NCBI GenBank assembly: GCA_002269645.1
Contig: NIVC01001884.1
Location: 1 to 64,000, forward strand
Source: Macrostomum lignano
Taxonomy: Eukaryota
Length of the DNA: 64,000 nucleotides
Direction of reading: 5' to 3'
Position 1 is the stretch's first letter; every line of letters begins with the position of its first letter. The notes beneath the pieces were generated by a model. That model saw only the letters and a list, made by a program, of their open reading frames with translations, ran no database searches and had not been told where the DNA came from. Of the stretch, positions 57,590 through 64,000 are shown in pieces. Position numbers and translations under genes: made by a program.

Positions 57590-59390
57590 AACAATATAAT
57601 CCATCAGTTTCAATGTACTTCTCAAGGGTTATGGGGAGTTTGAAAATGTTCAATTTCAGCATGATGAAAAATTTCAGCATGACGTGGAATTCATCCTTCC
57701 TTATGTGCTGTCTCGACATCTATGCCCATTTATCAACATGTGCAAGATATACTCTGAATGAATACAAATATGCGGGACATTAACATTCGGTGTGTTTCAA
57801 TATTTCTGCTTTATATTCATCGTAAGCTTTATCAATTTCCTCAATTAGTCGAAAATTTCGAGTGGGTGTTTTTATTTGAGATAAATTTATAATAGAATCA
57901 TAGTACTTTAGTGGCAGTGCATTGCGACCATTCGAATTATTGCCTTCCATTTTTTCTAAAAAAATTTGCCGTTACAATCTGGTTTTTGAAGTGAGTCCGT
58001 TACCAGCAACAGCCCCATGAGAAAAAATTCCAGAGCTTTCTTTATCAGACTGCCTACAGACTTTAAAAGAGGGGTCTAACCCATCACCCCCGAAAGGTCG
58101 CATACGAAAACTCGTTCTCAATTGTATTCCTCTCCTCCCTGTTTCAACTCGTGGAGCTCGCGTGGCTTACTTAAGCCGCAAATTTTTGTTTCTATTTTTA
58201 GTAAGTGAATGAGTAACTGTCCAAAGATAACAATGCGCTCGTGGAGCACAATAGTGGCGCGCTTTTTATTCAATGAAATGGTATTAATCTTGGTGCTTTT
58301 TCCTGTGAGTAGTGAGAAAAAAGTGTTGCTTATTTTGTGCAATATTTCTTAGTTTTTATGAAGTCTTCGTAAAAAACTTTGGCTTAAGATGAAAAAAGAA
58401 GAAAATCTTTTCCCTACTACTCACAATAGAATAGCATTAATTCAATCATCAAACAATCAATTAAAATGCGCAGTCTTTGTATAGCGGCGCATTCCTGAGA
58501 AGAATCAGTCCACACTATTTATGAGATCGTCTTCATCGTCTTCATCGTGACCTCCAGTTGCTGTGCTCTAAAGAAAATGTATTTCAGGTAAGTAGTAATG
58601 GCATGAAACTTTATTGTAAAAAGCTGAATCGCTTCTTTCCAGAAGCCGCACAGTTAAAACCGAGAATACATTATCTTCTCCCGGTTGTTTCGTCCGTCCG
58701 TCCAAACGGAAACACTCTTCTCCTTGGTTTTTCCATCGCTACAAATATACTCTACTGTTTCGTGTGAAACTTTCAAACACTCGCTAAACTCTTCATCTTC
58801 GTTACTGAATCTCTCTATCACTTTCTTGTACTTCACAATTGTCGACAGACAATAGTCAGAAAAAATTAGAGCTGGGAATTTTAGACAAATGTCATAAAAA
58901 GTTGTGTGATCACGAACCTTCCGTTTTGTTAGTCCAAAGTCCTCTGCGATCTTTTCCTCGGTGAGAGTTCGTCTTTAAAATGATATCGTTCTGGCCTGTT
59001 CCTGCGTCTTTAAAGATCCTACTACAGCAAAAGCTTCGGAAATGAAACGAAAGTGCTTCTTGACTTCGTCTATATCCTTTGACTCTAGATCGTTTGCCAA
59101 TTCGTCAAAAAGTTTGTCAAACTGTCGACTGTCAATTCGTAAGCCCCTAACATTGAGTTTTACAAGCTAAGATTTCGCAAAAATATGCGCTCTTCACGAT
59201 CGTTACTGGTAGCTCTTTTAGGCTTCTTAGCTTTTGGCTTAACCCCTTCCTCTAAATTGGAGAGCTGGGTTTTGAACTTGCGTACCTCTTGCGCCTCCCA
59301 CTTAGTAAGAGCTTCAGTTAGTTCAATGTCTGTTCTTGTTCGTAATAGTTGCTTTAATTTCTCTATAACTATGTCTATATCACTCATAGT
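57590..59390 (-). other. Cluster of short, intronless, co-oriented decayed ORFs upstream of the primase-helicase
   Basis: Protein-like frames at about 57590-57945, 58118-58342, 58400-58860 and 59160-59387, all minus strand, tightly packed and AT-rich. Confidence 0.45.
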
Positions 59391-60099
59391 AAAATACTTT
59401 TAACAGAGAGATTCAAGGATTCTTAAAACCCAGATGAATCGCTGTGCTGGTATTTATATGAAAAGCTTTTTTTAGTTTAGTTGTTCTGTGTTAGTCATCC
59501 ATTGCGTAGTGGGTCATTGTGTCTTTTGGTAAAAGCGAATAGAGGCCAGTGAATGAAACCTCATGCAACATACTGGGGGTGAAAACGAATAATTGTAACG
59601 CACACAGGTTTAGAAAAGAGTGACTCACTGCGGAAGCTTTAGATTGTGCATCTATACGCAGTTACTAGTTTTTTATTGCTTCATTGAATGGTTTAGAAAA
59701 ACATAATGGTTTACTGAAGGCTCATTTTTAAAATGAAAAAAGTAATTAATCTCAATTGGATGACACTTTCATATTGTTTATTCTTGATTATATTTACCCC
59801 CAAACCACACATTTCTCATAGTGTTACTCACGAAATCTCGAAAATAGCACTTTTCCAAATATTTGAAAATGGCAAAAAATCGCTGTTTTAAGACCATTTT
59901 TACCTGTTTTTAGTCATTTTTCACCTATTTTTTGTGATTTTTAAATGAGTGAGGGCATGATGGCGAGGGCACCCCCTTTTTTAAAAGTGTAAAAAATTCT
60001 GAAAATCTGTTCTACGAAATATACCCACATGCCGATGCCCTCACCCTCAGTGCCCCCACGCCATGTCTATACCCGACCCTTGTAACTCTGAGCTCCTGG

Positions 60100-60199
60100 T
60101 AGTAGTAGTAGTATAATAAAAGGGGATGAGTCATCTCGTGAGTGGCGCGAACTGCGCCCGAACGATCAATTTAGCCCAGACCCTTTTATTATAATACTA
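60100..60199. mobile_element. 100-bp mini inverted-repeat element with 4-bp TSD
   Basis: TIR of about 20 bp (TAGTA(G/T)TATAATAAAAGGG), termini TAGT...ACTA, with CTGG duplicated at 60096-60099 and 60200-60203. Confidence 0.65.
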
Positions 60200-60600
60200 C
60201 TGGACAAGCGTGGTACCTGCAGTCTAGGCTTACTGGTTTTGTCTACTTTAGAACTTAGTGGATTTTCGGGGTATATTGGTACGGTAGATTTCGCTGCCAC
60301 CAGGTTCCTGCTTTCCCTAATTCTGGTATTCAGATTTAAAGAATGGAGTCAGGACACCAACGATATTTCAACAATTAATAAGGTTTTAATAAAAAAAGAA
60401 AAACGTTAACGTACAAAAGATTGGTTACATTAATTCCCCTTAATTCCTATTTTCCGTTTAATTGTGCTTGGGCAAGACTCCCATTAGTTTAGAGGCGTGA
60501 CTCCTCTTGTGCAATTTTACTTTATAATTTACCTTTTATTTCCTTTTCTTACCGAATTCCTTGTTATTCGCAAGACGCGCACGCAGGATGCTTTCCCAAA

Positions 60601-61481
60601 CAGTAACAGTAACAGTAATAAGTAATTCGGCGCCTCAGCCATTGATCAGGCTCTTACGCCACTAGATATAAATGGATTCCAGGTTGGGAGTGTACTTATG
60701 TACACTGAGATCCTAATTGGAGCTAAGAGGACTGTACAAAGGGCAAATGTCAGATCAAAAACCTCCCCGGGGGACAGTGACAGCGGAATGACATACCAGT
60801 CAGGAAGCCCGTGCCCAAAAAACCAGGTTGGATAGACCCTTGCCTAATTGGGGTTGGCCCGAAGGCCGAGAGCCGTGGCTACCATGCTGGGGCCGACCGC
60901 CCACCACCCCGGGTACTCAAGCCAAATGTACATAAACCTCCCCAAGGACAGAGGGGGAAGAGTGAACCATTCAGGGAAGCCCGTGCCTTCTCCTGGGTTA
61001 GATAAGCCAAAAACCGGTCAAATGACCTCCCCCACGGCCGTGGCAGCCCGAAGGAGCCTCCCCCACAACTAAACCCCGGGTACTCTTGCCAGACAGTCTC
61101 TTATCTTTGAAGCGGCAGGAGGGCTAATCGCCGGGACTATTTCACCCTTTGCTTCGCCAACCCGCCATTTCTATAGTGACCTTGCCAACGGTCTCGTCCT
61201 GCTCAGACTCAGTCCTGGTTCTGGCACACTCCAGCTTTAATAGGGTCGCTGGCTGTTCGCTCAGAGGGCACTTAAGGGAGACCGTCAAAGCACCAACTGG
61301 AACAGGTATAGGCCTGCCTTCCTATACAGCTACCCACAGCCCTTCCCGATCCACTATTACCCTCCTACCCAGCCTACTCACTCATTACAAGCTTTCAGCC
61401 AGGTAGAGACAAGTTTCACAGGAGTACTGCGGTTAGGCGCCTCTAAGCGAGACAAAACCACGGCCACCAAAAAACAAAACC
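60601..61481 (-). mobile_element. About 850-bp non-autonomous retroposon, copy 2, with a 50-bp flanking duplication
   Basis: Homologous to 29206-30051; (TTACTG)n tail; 60551-60600 is repeated exactly at 61482-61531. Confidence 0.85.
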
Positions 61482-62230
61482 ACCGAATTCCTTGTTATTC
61501 GCAAGACGCGCACGCAGGATGCTTTCCCAAAAGCTCAACTGCTCTGTAGTTCTAAAGGATCCCGAAAACTAGCGATTTACCCCTGCTCTAATTATTTCCC
61601 CGGGTTAAAACTACTGATAGTAGGCAAAAAGTATATTTCCCCGCAACTAATTCCCGTTCCTAAAATAATGCTCTACTACACCTCCCCCTCGCTACAAAAA
61701 TGTACAAAACCCCCTTTTGTACATTGATAATTATATTTATTTAACAAATTTTAGTTATGTAATAAGTATGATTGCGCTTATCAGCGATAAGTGAATATAA
61801 AACAATGTAGTGAGCAAGGATTATTAGGACTACACGTATGACAAGTGGAAAAGTTAATGGTATGCATAGTCGTAAAACTTTAATGATATTAAGTGTTTGA
61901 ACAAGTTGAAATATGCGTATGATTAATGGCATGCATAATTGTATTATTAAGACCTTGAATAAATGTTGAGTATGATAAGAAGAATTAATGACATGCACAG
62001 TTACACTATTAAACCTTGATGACGCTATATGTTGAGCAAGTTGAACAAAAAAAAGAACACAAATAAATGGCAAGTGGATACAACATCTACAAAAAAATGC
62101 GATGCAAAAAGTGGTAAATAATTGGCAAGTTTTACTCCAAAAGATAGTAAAATAATAAAAAAATATTTGATGGCATCAAGCATGTGTAATTATGTTGCTT
62201 TGGAAGAGTTATTAAGTTCCCTAGTTTTAC

Positions 62231-64000
62231 TTAATTGACTGGCCGGAGATTTAGGGTATTTTGCGTGGACAGGTAAAGTAGTCCGTTTACCGGAATCAGT
62301 TGATGAGCAGGGTCGAATCGACTGGCGATAAACTCAAGCTGCTCGGTGGTCGCCCTCATGCTAGTTGGTCCCCGAGCCCTCCCTTCTGTGTACTGTAGGC
62401 AGTACGAGCAGGCGATTTCAAAACCTGACTGCCTCTTCTGATGTCGCCGTGGCCAGGAAATGGACGCACGCTCCCGGTAGCTGAGCCTCGAAGTGTCCAG
62501 GATAAACCGTTTAAGGGCGCGACGGCACTTGCGGAACTTCCGCGCCTGTGTCCCGGGGCTATCCGGCCGTTCGGTGCTGGTCTCTTCAAGGGCCGGCGTG
62601 TCGCCCAGGTCTACCCTGAGCAGTGAGGCGTAATCAATGAGTGGGTTTGGCGCAGGCTCAGGCTGGCCCCGCTCTGTCTGGCACTGCTCGGGCTGACGTT
62701 GCTCTGGCTGGCACTTTGTTTCGTCTGCGGCCGTCTCCTCCTGCTCGTCTATGGGCTTTACCCCTTCCTCTTGTTGCCGTATCTCCTCCATAACTCCTTG
62801 TACACCTACTAGATTATTTTGATTATTATTTTGATGCTGCACTTGTTGATTTGGCACTAACTGCACAATGTTTTGATTTTGCACTGGCATAAACTGCTCA
62901 TTATTTTGATGTTGCACGTTAATTTGATTTTGCACTGGCATAAACTGCACTGCGTCTTCGTACTCGTCTTCACTTTCTGAGTCATTCACTCGATGTCATT
63001 CATTCACTTTCTGACTATTGGCTAACTGTTCCCTATTGCACTGCTTCTTATGTTCTTTTGGTTTAGTACTAGCTTCTTCTTCCTGATAATCTGCTTGTGG
63101 TACTCTCATTAAATTATCCCTATGCATAATAAGTTCTTCCTTCCTGGCCTTCTTATTTTGTGTAACTGGCCTAATCTTAAAGACTACTTCTGATAGTTGT
63201 TCTTCAATTTCATAAACTGCTCTTTGCTTCCTGTGAAATTTATTAGCCTCTGTATTAGCAATTACTGGATTATTGATAAATACTAAGCTTCCTACAGGCA
63301 ATATTTTCGTCTTAGGCTTATTAGAGTACTCCTGCTCACGGTTTTGTTGCACTAACTTTAATCTTCAGTGTTGCATCAGTGTCTAACACAAAATAAACTT
63401 GGGGGTCTGTATTAAACTCTGGGTAAGCAAGCACTTCTTCGGAACACATCCGTTTCTTCAACAACTCAAAGCATTCATCATAAATCCTGGTCCATTTGTC
63501 CTGGATACATTTGATGTTCTTCTTAGTTAACTCACAGAGTGGTGCTGCTACCTCGACAAAATTTCTAACGAATTTTCTATAGTAAGTACAGAGTCCGAGA
63601 AAGCTTCGAAGCTCTGTCACAGATTTAGGTTTCGGCCAGTTCCTAATTGCTTCTAGTTTCGACGCATCTCTCTTAATTCCTGATTTGCCTATGACGTGTC
63701 CTAGATATTGTAATTCTGATTTGAAAAGGTGACATTTCTTAGCCTTTAGTTTCGTGTTAGCTTTGATTAGTCTCTTGAGCACTTCTTTCAGGTGTTCTAG
63801 ATGGGCTTCGAAATCTGTACTGTAAACTATTACATCATCTAAGTAAGCTATGGCGAACTTCTGTGCAATGTCCTTAAGAACTAAGTTCATGCACCTCTGA
63901 AAAGTTCCTGGGGCTCCTTGCAATCCCATTGGCAATACTTCGTACTCAAACGAGCCTCGATGTAAAGTTGGAAAGCTAGTCTTGCAGTTATCTTCTTCCT
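62231..64000 (-). pseudogene. Second Ty3/Gypsy pol: RT and start of RNase H fused by deletion to the integrase C-terminus, plus a long C-terminal extension
   Basis: LPMGLQGAPGTFQR, YLDDVIVY, YLGH, FLGLCTYYRKF, FVLDTDA, then directly GSLV...YEIEEQLSEVVFKI...HRDNL. The RNase H remainder and the integrase core are absent. Confidence 0.9.

Larger units (their letters stand above)
60081..61680 (-). mobile_element. 3' LTR of the second Gypsy element (about 670 bp without the retroposon insert)
   Basis: PPT GAGGGGGAGG (61690-61681) is immediately followed by TGTAG; the LTR ends ...GTTACA at 60081. Confidence 0.75.

Noticed and set aside
60101-60113. AGTAGT Polinton terminus
   Set aside because: It pairs with an inverted copy only 100 bp away, has a 4-bp rather than 6-bp duplication, and lies inside an LTR.
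61741-62073. 110-aa hydrophobic ORF near the second Gypsy PPT
   Set aside because: It is AT-rich 3'-UTR-like sequence with no motif; probably a chance ORF.

Overview
Eukaryotic (animal-like) genomic DNA: AT-rich intergenic sequence, GC-rich exons, GT-AG introns and a very dense load of repeats and transposons. An invertebrate, possibly a flatworm such as Macrostomum, is a style-based guess only. Host genes, all on the + strand: a 4-exon atypical Rab-like GTPase (5781-11794) whose last intron holds a 3.7-kb (GTCT)n array, intronless RPL37A and RPL36A, and a WW + multi-CUE-like protein. Mobile DNA in the first half: an Ingi/I-group LINE with RNase H, tRNA-derived SINEs and a hAT relic. From about 37 kb onward there is a nested stack: Polinton-type protease and pPolB relics, a MITE hosting a THAP P-element with an 8-bp TSD, a Gypsy-type element, a Tc1/IS630 derivative, a viral-type PrimPol-D5 helicase block, LTRs, and a second Gypsy. 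The most striking observation is the Gypsy-type element at 45871-54430 (- strand). It carries a gB-like class III fusion glycoprotein upstream of the protease, apparently continuous with it as one polyprotein ([Gag?]-signal-Env-TM-PR-RT-RH-IN), the reverse of the usual pol-env order. Most element ORFs contain indels, from decay or assembly error. No database searches were run; family calls rest on recognised motifs.
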